From: an uncultured Gammaproteobacteria bacterium
Lineage (GTDB): Bacteria > Pseudomonadota > Gammaproteobacteria > UBA6002
Direction: 5' to 3'
DNA length: 64,000 nt
Assembly (NCBI GenBank): GCA_963817645.1
Contig: CAWFQC010000031.1
Coordinates: forward strand, 34,299 to 98,298
The notes below the pieces were generated by a model, which did not search any database, was not told where the DNA came from, and was given only the letters and a program-made list of their open reading frames with translations. Shown in pieces: positions 38,326 to 48,302 of this stretch. Positions within the stretch are counted from its first letter, which is position 1; every line of letters starts with the position of its first letter. Both the position numbers and the translations under genes were made by a program.

Positions 38326-38861
38326 ATTTCTTTTCTGTCAGTTGTTAGTAACATTAAATAGTGATTGTTATCTTGACTCTTTATGTGTCTGAAACCATTT
38401 CGTTCAAAAAATGAAACAGCAGAGATATTTTGCCTTAATGGATCAACCAGAATTGCTTTAAATCTGCCTTTAATATATGTTTTGATGAATAATTTTAATA
38501 CTTCAGCACTAAATCCTGTATGTAAATAGCTCTCATTTGCAATAAATAAATCAATACCAACTAACTCTTTTGGATTGAAATCGTTAAATAGAGGGTGGTC
38601 ATAGTTTACTATACTCTCGGGAAGATGATCTGTCACATGATAAAATTGGATGTAGCCAACAGGATTGTCATAATCGCAAATAATATAACTTGGGATAGAT
38701 TCATCATTTATTCTTGGTAGATATTTTTTTTGAATCATCTTAAATGTATATTTCTCATTTCTTGCATACCATTTTAAAACATGTGGAACCTGAAACCATT
38801 GATGCAATAATTTTAAATCATCTTCCTTCATTTTTCTAAATATTATATTACGATCTTTCAT
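38322..38861 (-). CDS. GNAT-family acetyltransferase (aminoglycoside-acetyltransferase-like family)
   Basis: 179 aa with C-terminal DPLRQNISAVSFFERNGF. It overlaps both neighbours by 4 nt, which suggests an operon. Confidence 0.75.
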   Translation of the reverse strand: MKDRNIIFRKMKEDDLKLLHQWFQVPHVLKWYARNEKYTFKMIQKKYLPRINDESIPSYIICDYDNPVGYIQFYHVTDHLPESIVNYDHPLFNDFNPKELVGIDLFIANESYLHTGFSAEVLKLFIKTYIKGRFKAILVDPLRQNISAVSFFERNGFRHIKSQDNNHYLMLLTTDRKEI

Positions 38862-39088
38862 TTTTCTCTTGTAAAATAAGAGTTAGTTATTTCATATTCT
38901 AAGATGTCTCCAGGTTGACAGGATAGATATTTACAAATCGCATCAAGCGTTGCCAAACGAATTGCCTTTGCTTTGCCCGTTTTTAAAATAGATAAATTTT
39001 GTTCGGTAATTCCAATGGCTTCAGCAAGTTCTTTTGAACGAATTTTTCTTTTAGCTAGCATGACATCTAAGTTTACGATAATTGCCAT
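38858..39088 (-). CDS. Small XRE/YozG-like HTH transcriptional regulator
   Basis: IRSKELAEAIGITEQNLSILKTGKAKAIRLATLDAICKYLSCQPGDILEY. Confidence 0.85.
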   Translation of the reverse strand: MAIIVNLDVMLAKRKIRSKELAEAIGITEQNLSILKTGKAKAIRLATLDAICKYLSCQPGDILEYEITNSYFTREK

Positions 39089-39096
39089 GATATCAC

Positions 39097-39786
39097 CTAT
39101 ATTGTTAGTTGTTGCTCTTCATGCAACTTACACCCTTCCGCCATGATCCATGAGATTAAAATAATCAAAAGCGCAGTTAATAAAATTCCAATGTTTGTTT
39201 GATCTAGCGTAATTGCTGCATATCTATGATGAGGTGGATTATTCATTGTTAGCACTATCCCCATTATAAATTGATAGATAGGTTCAATGATCTGATCAAT
39301 TAGCAAGGTATATCCAATATTGCGTATTAATCTAACATGATGAATAGAAAAAAATTCACGCTTTTCATATAAACCAAATAATTTGATTAATGTATAGAGA
39401 ATAAACATCTTAACCATCATCGGTATTGCACTTACTAAACAGCCTAGCGTTTTTTCTTTATAACTAAGTGTATGCAATAAAGCTTTTTCAGATATCCCCT
39501 GTGGGGTATATAGGTGCATTCCACTGTAATTAGCAGGAATGGCATCGAGTCTAATGATTCCGCTAAATAATAAAAGCTCATTAGGCGCGTAGACCCAACT
39601 CATGATTAATAAAACTGGCAGCGCAATAAATATCATTTGAAAGATCAGTCTAAAAAATAAACTAACTCGTTGAATTTTCGTAGGTTGCTTTGACGTAAGA
39701 AGCATTTCATTAGCATGTGCTATCGTCGTTAAGCCTAAACAACTTAGCCCAATTATTTTCATTAATATTTTCATTATTGACCTCAA
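39097..39786 (-). CDS. DUF2975-like integral membrane protein, the usual partner of YozG-like regulators
   Basis: 229 aa with ~5 TM segments. The gene order DUF2975-HTH matches the widespread pairing as I recall it. Confidence 0.55.
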   Translation of the reverse strand: MRSIMKILMKIIGLSCLGLTTIAHANEMLLTSKQPTKIQRVSLFFRLIFQMIFIALPVLLIMSWVYAPNELLLFSGIIRLDAIPANYSGMHLYTPQGISEKALLHTLSYKEKTLGCLVSAIPMMVKMFILYTLIKLFGLYEKREFFSIHHVRLIRNIGYTLLIDQIIEPIYQFIMGIVLTMNNPPHHRYAAITLDQTNIGILLTALLIILISWIMAEGCKLHEEQQLTI

Positions 39787-40110
39787 ATTTTATGATATTT
39801 TTAAAAATAGATATCATCGATGATACAGGTAATATAAATGATAAATTATCGAGATACAATAACTATTTATTGTATATTATAATTCTTTAGGTATTATTTG
39901 CGTAATAGTACCTATTTGTAGCAGGTTAACCCCAAAAGATAAAACAATATCATAGAGCCTTTTGGTAGCCTTAAGAGAATTAACCGCATGCAATCTGTAG
40001 ATGTAACAACATTTCAATCGAGTAGAAAAATTGATACAGAGAAAGAAGAATCGATCATCCTCTATACTTTTGATACTTAAACTCAATACTATGTTATTAG
40101 AGGGAAACTA

Positions 40111-41337
40111 ATGAAAAAATGTATTGTTATTATTGGTTGTGGATTTGCGGGCTTATGGGCGGCCATTGGAGCGGCCCGTAAGCGCCATGAACTAGGCCAA
40201 AAAGATTTAGAAATTCAGGTCATAACAAATAAACCTTATCATGGTATACGTGTTCGTTACTATGAAGATGACCTAGCATCCACCAGAGTGCCGCTTGAAA
40301 TTTTATTAAATCCTATTGATGTCAATTATCTGATTGGAGAAGTAACAGGGACAGAAGTAGAGAGCCAACAAGTAGAATTAATCATTGAAGAAAAAAAACA
40401 ACATATAAACTACGATCGACTCGTGTTAGCGGCTGGGAGTCAGCTTTATGGGCCATCATTACCTGGGCTAAAAGAATATTCCTTTAATATTGATACTTTT
40501 GAGGCAGCTAAAAAGCTAGAGAAGCACTTATCTCAACTGCCTTATAATCATCCCAATGAGCCTGGTGCAAATAGAGTTGTAGTCGTGGGAGGCGGTTTCA
40601 CTGGATTAGAAATTGCAACTGAGCTGCCGCTACGTTTAGAAAAGATATTTCAACCATTTCCCCATCTTCCCAAACCTATTATTATGATTATTGATCATAA
40701 CGAAATTGCCAATAGTCTGGGCAAAGCGCCTCAGCCTACTATTAAAAAAACACTAAGTGAGTTAGGTATAGAAAGCATCACTGGGGTGACAATAGAATCT
40801 GTAGAGAAAGATAGAATTATCTTAAATTCTGGGAAAACTGTTGAAACGCAAACAGTCATATGGGCAGCAGGTATGCGTGCTAGTCCTCTCACTACCTTGT
40901 TGCCTATACAAAAAGATAATTTAGGGCGTGTATTCGTGGATGATTATTTGCGAATTTTTTCCATCAAACATTGCTTTGCTGCAGGTGACGTCGCAAACGC
41001 TAAAGTTGATGACTTGCATACGTCAGTGATGTCCTGCCAGCATGCTCGTCCCCAAGGACGGATTGCTGGTCATAATGTTGTTGCAGATTTATATCAAAAA
41101 CCCTTAATTACTTATCGACAAGAAGCTTATGTTACCATTTTAGATCTAGGCGCTGGAGGTGCTCTTTATATGGAAGGCTGGGATCGTCATATCGTCAGTG
41201 AAGGGATACCTGCTAAGAAAACGAAATATGAAGTCAATCATTATAGAATCTATCCTCCTCTTACAGGGAATCCAGTTGATCTATTTGATGCAGCTATACC
41301 TATTATTCAGGCAGTGCCAGATAAATATCAGTCTTAA
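40111..41337 (+). CDS. FAD/NAD(P)-dependent oxidoreductase (type II NADH dehydrogenase-like)
   Basis: Two Rossmann motifs (IVIIGCGFAGL; VVVVGGGFTGLE) and AAGDVA. Confidence 0.8.
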   Translation: MKKCIVIIGCGFAGLWAAIGAARKRHELGQKDLEIQVITNKPYHGIRVRYYEDDLASTRVPLEILLNPIDVNYLIGEVTGTEVESQQVELIIEEKKQHINYDRLVLAAGSQLYGPSLPGLKEYSFNIDTFEAAKKLEKHLSQLPYNHPNEPGANRVVVVGGGFTGLEIATELPLRLEKIFQPFPHLPKPIIMIIDHNEIANSLGKAPQPTIKKTLSELGIESITGVTIESVEKDRIILNSGKTVETQTVIWAAGMRASPLTTLLPIQKDNLGRVFVDDYLRIFSIKHCFAAGDVANAKVDDLHTSVMSCQHARPQGRIAGHNVVADLYQKPLITYRQEAYVTILDLGAGGALYMEGWDRHIVSEGIPAKKTKYEVNHYRIYPPLTGNPVDLFDAAIPIIQAVPDKYQS

Positions 41338-41376
41338 CCTGAATTCAGTCTTAACCTAAATAATGAAGTAGTTTGA

Positions 41377-41631
41377 TTTTTTCAATATTTATTTCATGCC
41401 AATCCGAATGCATGGCATGCATCAGGTAGTAGACATCTCGGAATATTTTTAATTTTGCTTGGGATTTTTTGTTTAATTCCTGCAATTATTGAGCATCAAA
41501 AAGATTTAAATCAACTTAAAGTCATTGATAGTACAAGTCCAAGATGGAGTTATGCTTTGGTAGTAGCAATCTTAGTGGGCATTATTGGTTTATATGCTTT
41601 AGCAAGTGCATTAGTAATCAGACTTGCCTAG
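41377..41631 (+). pseudogene. Start-less remnant encoding two TM helices (possibly the C-terminus of a DUF202/YidH-like protein)
   Basis: The frame is open from 41377 with no Met: ...RHLGIFLILLGIFCLIPAIIEH...WSYALVVAILVGIIGLYALASALVIRLA*. The family assignment is weak. Confidence 0.3.
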
Positions 41632-41698
41632 AACATCATTTGTAGGACTGCAAGCTGAAGACCCTACAATTGCTTATTTAATGACACCATCGATGATG

Positions 41699-41835
41699 CA
41701 CTGCCATTAAGTTAAGGACATTTCCTCTTCACCGTCGTCCCGCGACTTGTTCGCGGGATCCAGGATAGGGGCACTTCCCTAGATTCCGTGATCAAACCAT
41801 CACCGGACGACAGATTGCTTAACTTAATAGCAGTG
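41699..41835. mobile_element. MITE-1 copy (137 bp)
   Basis: Termini CACTGCCATTAAGTTAAG / CTTAACTTAATAGCAGTG. Flanked by the 11-bp direct repeat CATCGATGATG (41688-41698 and 41836-41846). Confidence 0.9.
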
Positions 41836-41862
41836 CATCGATGATGGGTTTCTCGAGGCTGC

Positions 41863-44736
41863 TTAAAAACGACTAAATGATGGAATCTGATTTTGTACCA
41901 ATGTTTGTAACTCTGCGATATCTTCTCGACAAAAATGATTTGATAATACTTCTTCCCAGTTATCGTTATTTTTTAATATATTTAATATAGTATTAAAGAA
42001 ATTACTTTCTTGAATAAATTTAAATTTATCGATGGGTCTTGGAAGATAATTGAAGAAAATTTCAAGATCATAAAAAGAATTAATTTTTTTATCAAATTTT
42101 GTCTTTTCTAAAAAGTAAAATAGAATTGAGTGATTTTGACTATTTGATTTATAGAATTGATCGAAAATAACCATAAAGTCTTCAAGGTTAGAATTTATTA
42201 GCATTTGTTTGCAGCTTTTATCCTCAAATAATAATACTAGATTATCGAAAGATAATGTGCTTAATTTCCTAGAAAGATTCTGCTCATTACTAATTAAATT
42301 CGTATCATAATGAGTATCATGATTTCTTTCTTTCAATATGCTTTTTTCTAATTTAGGATAAGTATTTATTAGTTTTTCAATTAATTGGTTATCAATTTGA
42401 TCGTTAGATTTGCAAATAGCCATCACTTCTTGTATATTGCTTTTATCTAATATGTCGTTCGTTTTCGTTAAAAATATGTCGCTTTTATTAATGAGATTTT
42501 GTACTTCTTCCAGGGAGAGATTCAGATACAGTTTTACAATATCATCTATTCGGTTAATATGTTTAATACATTGATTAGTTTCAATAATTGATTTTTTAAG
42601 ATCTTGATCTGAACTTTTTACCATAAAAATAATGTCGTCAACAGAGTGGCAGATTTCCTTTTTAAGTAAGACTTCTTCTAAAAAGAATAATTGATTATGT
42701 GGCGGCAGTGTTTCTAATAGAGTAATTAAATCTTGTTTATCATTTACTAAATCAATATGCTGTACGGCAACTTTTAGTTTTTGTTCTTGGGGCAATAAAT
42801 AAACATCACAATACAACGAACACATCGACTCATTTTGGCTGTCAAAATATTTTTTCAAGCTATCTTTTAAAATTGGATGAGTTTGTATGAGCTGTCGTAT
42901 TAATTTATAATTGATTAGTTTATATTGTGCACAACTCTTATAAAAATATCTCGAATAGAGCTTGTTTAATTTTGATGCTTGATCAGAATAATCGAGTGAC
43001 TCAGATAAAATAGTATTCAGTTTATTTGAAATATCCCTATCGCTAATCATTATTTTTTTTATCATATTTCTTGGAAAATAATCAAATAATTGCACTATAT
43101 TATCTATATGGTTGATTAGCTCAATACATTGTATTTTTTTAAGAAAATGTAAATGATTTGCATCATTAGGAGAGGGGAATATTGTTTTCATCATTAATAG
43201 GATGTGATCAAATGAATGGATAGTATTTAAACAGGCATCTTCCATAGCGAACGATAAGCGATTATTTAGAGATAACGCATTCATTATTGAAAAAGCATGG
43301 TCAAACGTATGGATGGTATTGAGGAGGGTTTTCTTTATAACAAACGATAAACGATCCTCTTGCGGTAATAAATCTATAATTGACATGACATTATCAGACG
43401 TATGTAATATATCTACAACAGATAGTAAATCATTATCTGAAGAACTATTGATAATGAATTTTAAATTATGCTTCTGTAGATAAGAATATCGACATTCTTC
43501 TGGTAAAAGATTGATAACACTCAAAAGACTATTATTATCGTGATTATTTGCAATGATGCTGACACATTTTGGGTGATTGAGAAACATTTCCATTTCTTTT
43601 TTATTCATCATGCTTAATATCATAACAACGTTATCAATATGATTTATAATATTTATACTTTTCTCATTTTTTATAAATAATTGTAAAAATTCTTGTCTAT
43701 CCTGTTCCGTTAAGTTTTTATATACATATATTAATGAGGCCATACTTTGTGTTTTATCGGCAAGGTTAATAATATTCTGCTTTAGCTCATCTTTCTTGAG
43801 TTCATTATTAATCTTTAGATAAGAATTTATATATTGTATGATTAAGGCGTCTGGAATATTTATTTTCGGTGTAAAAAAAGTTAATTTTTCTTTATCTTTA
43901 AATGTACTTTTTAATGTTTTTAATACTTTTGCTTTATTGTATTTTTGTTCTTTTACTGTCTCACACGTAATAATGAACTGTTCAAATAAATTATGATTAT
44001 AAACTGTAGATCCCCTCTCAGGATGAAATTGTGTGCCGATGACAAAAGGGTGATGTCCTTTCACTTCAATTGCTTTTATCGTATTTTCCTGATCTTTAGC
44101 AGCAAAAACTAATAGTAAATTATCTCCTAAAAACTCAGAATCAATCATTTGTTTATGCATACTTAATTCTTTTGAAATAATTTCTGTACTATTTAGCTTG
44201 AAATGTCCCTTATGGGTTTTTTCTTGTATAATGGTATTTAATTGAGTATCAGCTAAATAAATAACGTCTTCTTCTGAATACTCACGATTATATGATGTTA
44301 ATTTGAGACCAAGGTAAACGCTAATAATTTGATGACCGCCACAAATTCCTAAAACAGGTATGCCATTTTTTAGAGCATATTCAAATAATGCAAGTTCAAG
44401 TTTAGTACGTCTGTTATCTTCTTGGGAGAGATCAGGAGAAGGAAGATTGTTATTATAAAAAGCAGGATGAATGTTTATACTATTCCCAGGTATAATCAAT
44501 CCATCATATTGTTCAAAATATTTTTTGATTAATTGATCAACATAAATATTATGTGGAGTAGATGTGGAATGTTGAATATAATTTACTCCTTCTTGAAAGG
44601 GTTCAATAACAATTGAAATATCATTTTGTTTTTCTGAATATATTTTTTCTATTGTGTCTATTGCCCTCCCTATTGAGGTCGGGGCATAATACTCATTTAC
44701 ACTGGTGCCAATACGTATCGATGATTTTGCTTTCAT
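41863..44736 (-). CDS. Effector-like protein with an N-terminal class-I glutamine amidotransferase / peptidase C26 (gamma-glutamyl hydrolase-like) domain and a long array of degenerate ~31-35-aa helical repeats
   Basis: Catalytic-triad context GICGGHQ and QFHPE. Repeats such as LLNTIHTFDHAFSIMNALSLNNRLSFAMEDAC / LNTIHSFDHILLMMKTI, and INHIDNVVMIL / INHIDNIVQLF / INRIDDIVKLY. Confidence 0.8.
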   Translation of the reverse strand: MKAKSSIRIGTSVNEYYAPTSIGRAIDTIEKIYSEKQNDISIVIEPFQEGVNYIQHSTSTPHNIYVDQLIKKYFEQYDGLIIPGNSINIHPAFYNNNLPSPDLSQEDNRRTKLELALFEYALKNGIPVLGICGGHQIISVYLGLKLTSYNREYSEEDVIYLADTQLNTIIQEKTHKGHFKLNSTEIISKELSMHKQMIDSEFLGDNLLLVFAAKDQENTIKAIEVKGHHPFVIGTQFHPERGSTVYNHNLFEQFIITCETVKEQKYNKAKVLKTLKSTFKDKEKLTFFTPKINIPDALIIQYINSYLKINNELKKDELKQNIINLADKTQSMASLIYVYKNLTEQDRQEFLQLFIKNEKSINIINHIDNVVMILSMMNKKEMEMFLNHPKCVSIIANNHDNNSLLSVINLLPEECRYSYLQKHNLKFIINSSSDNDLLSVVDILHTSDNVMSIIDLLPQEDRLSFVIKKTLLNTIHTFDHAFSIMNALSLNNRLSFAMEDACLNTIHSFDHILLMMKTIFPSPNDANHLHFLKKIQCIELINHIDNIVQLFDYFPRNMIKKIMISDRDISNKLNTILSESLDYSDQASKLNKLYSRYFYKSCAQYKLINYKLIRQLIQTHPILKDSLKKYFDSQNESMCSLYCDVYLLPQEQKLKVAVQHIDLVNDKQDLITLLETLPPHNQLFFLEEVLLKKEICHSVDDIIFMVKSSDQDLKKSIIETNQCIKHINRIDDIVKLYLNLSLEEVQNLINKSDIFLTKTNDILDKSNIQEVMAICKSNDQIDNQLIEKLINTYPKLEKSILKERNHDTHYDTNLISNEQNLSRKLSTLSFDNLVLLFEDKSCKQMLINSNLEDFMVIFDQFYKSNSQNHSILFYFLEKTKFDKKINSFYDLEIFFNYLPRPIDKFKFIQESNFFNTILNILKNNDNWEEVLSNHFCREDIAELQTLVQNQIPSFSRF

Positions 44737-44914
44737 ATTTCCTCATTAATTAATATTAAAGTTATATATATAATACGATATAATTATTAAGGTTTAATTA
44801 ATGAGTCTTCGATGGCAGCGCAAAAATCGCCTTGTATTGGACAAAAATTATGAGTCGGTAACTCTTTGATAAGTATTGTTATTTTGTTGGTCGAAAATAA
44901 GCAGTAGCTGCTAA

Positions 44915-45152
44915 GGAACATGTCTAAAGTAACTCTTACAACTAGCGCCCGGTTGGCATGCAGATTTAAAAGAACTTTTTTCGAAGAAATGCGCTCTTTG
45001 GGCCGTCGTTCCTCGCATGAAGGTTTTGAGCATTCTATACGGATTGTGCGGCGAGGAACGACGGCCCAAAGAAACGTTTTTTTGAAGAAAGCTCGTTTAA
45101 AGATGCTTGCCAAATGGGATGCTAGTTGTAAGAGTTATTTCAAACATGTTCC
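44915..45152. mobile_element. MITE-2, full-length palindromic element (238 bp)
   Basis: Terminal inverted repeats GGAACATGTCTAAAGTAACTCTTACAACTAGC / GCTAGTTGTAAGAGTTATTTCAAACATGTTCC, and an internal long palindrome. A second, truncated copy is at 37706-37846. Confidence 0.75.
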
Positions 45153-45308
45153 ATAGTAAAGAACGGCGGAAGAGAAACGGCAGAAGGGATTTAGCGCTAT
45201 TCAATGATTGATTGTTCTAAAACTAACGCCATCTTGTTTTCTTGTATTAATGAAAGGTTGTAATGTACTCGTATGAACAGTTGCCAATGGTGTATTACCA
45301 ATACAGCT

Positions 45309-45418
45309 ATAGTATTTAAGAAAAATATTCAGAAAATTTATTTTGCATAAAATCCAAATAAAGCTAATATTTCATTTTATGCAAAATAAATTTTCTGAAT
45401 ATTTTTCTTAAATACTAT
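45309..45418. repeat. Perfect 45-bp inverted repeat separated by a 20-nt loop
   Basis: The left arm 45309-45353 (ATAGTATTTAAGAAAAATATTCAGAAAATTTATTTTGCATAAAAT) is the exact reverse complement of the right arm 45374-45418. Confidence 0.95.
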
Positions 45419-45515
45419 ATCTAACAGCTTTAATTGACTAGCATCACATCGGATACTCGCTTTCTGCATATTTTCAAGCAAATATTGGGTCGCTGGACAA
45501 AAGGTGCCCATGGAG

Positions 45516-46202
45516 TTATTTGGCGCGTGAACCTATACAATCCTTTGCAGCAACTAAATTATTATTCAAGTGAGTAAAACTCCAATTAGGCCCAGCCAAG
45601 GTAAATTGTTTTTTTTGCCAAAGGTAGGTACATAACCGTAATTTTGTTTTATCGTAATCCATATTTCCACCAGGATAACTCATAAATCGCAGATAGGTTT
45701 TTCCATTTTTTTCAATAGCAAATGGATCAGCAACATGCAGGTAAAAGCTACTACCCATATCTCCGCCGGGAATTAAATTATTAACGATAACTTGATCCAA
45801 ATTAGCCTTCACAAGATGACCAGCAATGAGTTTGTAAACATTCACTGTGTTAGCATGCATACTGCCACCTGTTGAGATCAATGCATACTCAATCGCACCC
45901 TCATTGCTAAAATTTCCTTTGTAAATCTCTATTCTTTCATTCCAACGATCATATATGCTTCCATTATCAGTCAATTTTAAATCTTCGAAATCCTTGATAT
46001 TGCTTTTATTCATCAAGTCAAGGACGCGTTTTTTCTCATGAATATCACAGGCCAAAATAGGTACTGAACCGATAGGTGGTTTTTGTATTTGTTCAAGTGA
46101 TTTGAAATAATCAATATCAATTGTATTAGCAGCCATAACTGGTATGCTTATTGATAAGAAAAAGCAAGTCATAATAAAACCCAGATTCAATTTTTTGCAC
46201 AT
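45516..46202 (-). CDS. Secreted protein of unknown function
   Basis: N-terminal signal peptide FFLSISIPVMAANT. No recognisable domain. Confidence 0.6.
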   Translation of the reverse strand: MCKKLNLGFIMTCFFLSISIPVMAANTIDIDYFKSLEQIQKPPIGSVPILACDIHEKKRVLDLMNKSNIKDFEDLKLTDNGSIYDRWNERIEIYKGNFSNEGAIEYALISTGGSMHANTVNVYKLIAGHLVKANLDQVIVNNLIPGGDMGSSFYLHVADPFAIEKNGKTYLRFMSYPGGNMDYDKTKLRLCTYLWQKKQFTLAGPNWSFTHLNNNLVAAKDCIGSRAK

Positions 46203-46666
46203 CTAAGTATCAACCTTATCTAATTTTTTTATTTAAATTTTTGAATCAATTTTAATTGTTTTGTTTTCTACAAACAGACGAATGTTCATGATCACTTTTT
46301 TTTGCACATTTTTGCCTAATATCAGTTAGTTAAAAAAGTATAATAACGGTTGAACGCATCTATGTCAAAATATAAATTTAATTTTCAGCGGCTCCCGTTG
46401 AAAAAATAGATGAGAAATTTTTTGGTGTTATTGGTGCAAAGAATCAACGATTGCTTGTCGACATATTAGGTAATATTACTGTTTCACGTTACTTTAAATT
46501 TTTTTCAGATTTAATTTCTTCTTTCATTTGATTTACAGCTTGAATCAGCTTAGTACCTTTTTTCAAAAGGTTTTTAGTATTACCATGAACAGGAGGAAAA
46601 AATAATGTGTATTTTGAACCAAGGTATAGCTTCCAGTTTGCGAACGTTTTCAAAGTTAGCTATGAA

Positions 46667-47962
46667 TTATTTCGTTTCTCGATAAAATAAATTGTAAGTG
46701 AATGCTACATTTTCATCTGATGTATTTTCAAGACAGGCAATTTCTAATCCAGACTCTTTAGCTTGTTGTAGGAGCAACTGCCGCATGGTATGTCTGTGAT
46801 TATTAGAACCTGAGATTTGGTAGATATCTGCAATTGAGTCATAATAAACAATTATTCCAGCACTGACAGCTTGATTATTGACATAGCTTAAATAAAACTC
46901 AAAAGGATCGTCATTGGTATAAACGCTGGCCAACCAATTATAATAATTTGTTAAGTTTTTGTTGTCTTTTGCTTGTAATTGGATAAACTGTGACCAGTCT
47001 TCAATATTTTTGATTATTTTTAATTTAGCAAAATTGTTTTTTTCATCATCAAGCGAATTTAGGTCCAGGTAGCTTAAATAAACTTTCTTATCAGGTATTA
47101 AGCCTGCTTCAAGTAAAAGAGTTCCTAAATTTTTGGGTTCATCATTTTGACCTACAAACCAAGCAAAAGGCAATTTGTGGTTATTAAAATATTTTATTAC
47201 ATTTTGGATTTTAGCCACGCTGTCACTTTTTAAGTGAGTATCAATGACATTATTTAAATCCTTACTAGGAAGGGAGGTGTTGTTAGAAACATAATCGGGC
47301 GTACGGATAAATTCGATTGCTGGAATATATTGGGAAAAATGAGTTTTCATGATAATGAAATTTGCTTCGATGGCTTGAAAAACTTTTTCAGGTGTCCACT
47401 TTTTTGGTTTATTATCAATTGAGGTCTCATATTTTAAAACTAATTTGCCTGGCCAGAATTTAGCTTTTGCATCCACTGAGCGAATGAAACTATCTTTCCC
47501 GAGGATATACCTGCAAATATCCTTACTAAAAAGTTTTGCCAGATTCTCTTTTAATTTTGTATATTGGTTTGCTTCTTCTTGGTGAGCTATTAAGTAGTCT
47601 CGGAAACGCAAGTGGCGTAGGACTTGTGGGTCATTCCTTTCGAATATAAGACAATGATATCTCAAATTATTGACTATTTTATGGGTAAAATAACTCATAT
47701 ACGGAATAATGCCACGACGCAGGGGTTGATATCCTAATGCGAGCAATTTTTCTTCGATGAGTTTAATGTCATCAAGATTTTTAGCCTCAAGGAGTATATC
47801 GATTGCTGGCTTAGCTGCCATATTGGGTATTGATGTGCTACCTATGTGGTAAATCCCACATAATTCAGAGAACAGTAGATGCTCAATTTCTTGGGCTTCT
47901 TTTCTATAATCCTCTACCCAGGATGGATTATATTTAACCACCTCGACAATTCTTTCTTCCAT
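46667..47962 (-). CDS. GrpB-family (nucleotidyltransferase-fold) domain fused to a C-terminal GNAT-like domain
   Basis: GrpB signature HIGSTSIPNMAAKPAIDILL with the preceding YNPSWVEDYRKEA. The GNAT call for the ~200-aa C-terminal region is tentative. Confidence 0.65.
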   Translation of the reverse strand: MEERIVEVVKYNPSWVEDYRKEAQEIEHLLFSELCGIYHIGSTSIPNMAAKPAIDILLEAKNLDDIKLIEEKLLALGYQPLRRGIIPYMSYFTHKIVNNLRYHCLIFERNDPQVLRHLRFRDYLIAHQEEANQYTKLKENLAKLFSKDICRYILGKDSFIRSVDAKAKFWPGKLVLKYETSIDNKPKKWTPEKVFQAIEANFIIMKTHFSQYIPAIEFIRTPDYVSNNTSLPSKDLNNVIDTHLKSDSVAKIQNVIKYFNNHKLPFAWFVGQNDEPKNLGTLLLEAGLIPDKKVYLSYLDLNSLDDEKNNFAKLKIIKNIEDWSQFIQLQAKDNKNLTNYYNWLASVYTNDDPFEFYLSYVNNQAVSAGIIVYYDSIADIYQISGSNNHRHTMRQLLLQQAKESGLEIACLENTSDENVAFTYNLFYRETK

Positions 47963-47998
47963 GTTTTCTCTTTAATAGGCATCCATTATTTTTAAGTA

Positions 47999-48208
47999 TT
48001 AACTATCTCTTTCAGAGCAATGATGGGAGCAGTAAATAACGTCATTGATTTCAACACCATGGCCAATGACTTTGCAATTGCAATGATGACAAGATGGAGC
48101 TAATTTGGCTATAGCACATTCAAAGCTATCAAAGTCGTAGTTGTTATTTCCTAATGAGATATTGAAAGATTTATCATAATCATTACCGCAGACTTCACAT
48201 CTAGCCAT
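47999..48208 (-). CDS. Small cysteine/histidine-rich putative metal-binding protein
   Basis: 69 aa with CEVCGN...FECAI...CHHCNCKVIGHGVE...YCSHHC. Confidence 0.5.
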   Translation of the reverse strand: MARCEVCGNDYDKSFNISLGNNNYDFDSFECAIAKLAPSCHHCNCKVIGHGVEINDVIYCSHHCSERDS

Positions 48209-48302
48209 GTTTTTTCTCCCTTTTTTAAAAATTAATAACAGTATAGTTAATTAAATTATTGTTTTTGAAAGAATCTGGCTTTTCGTCTCCTCTTCGCCGT
48301 CG

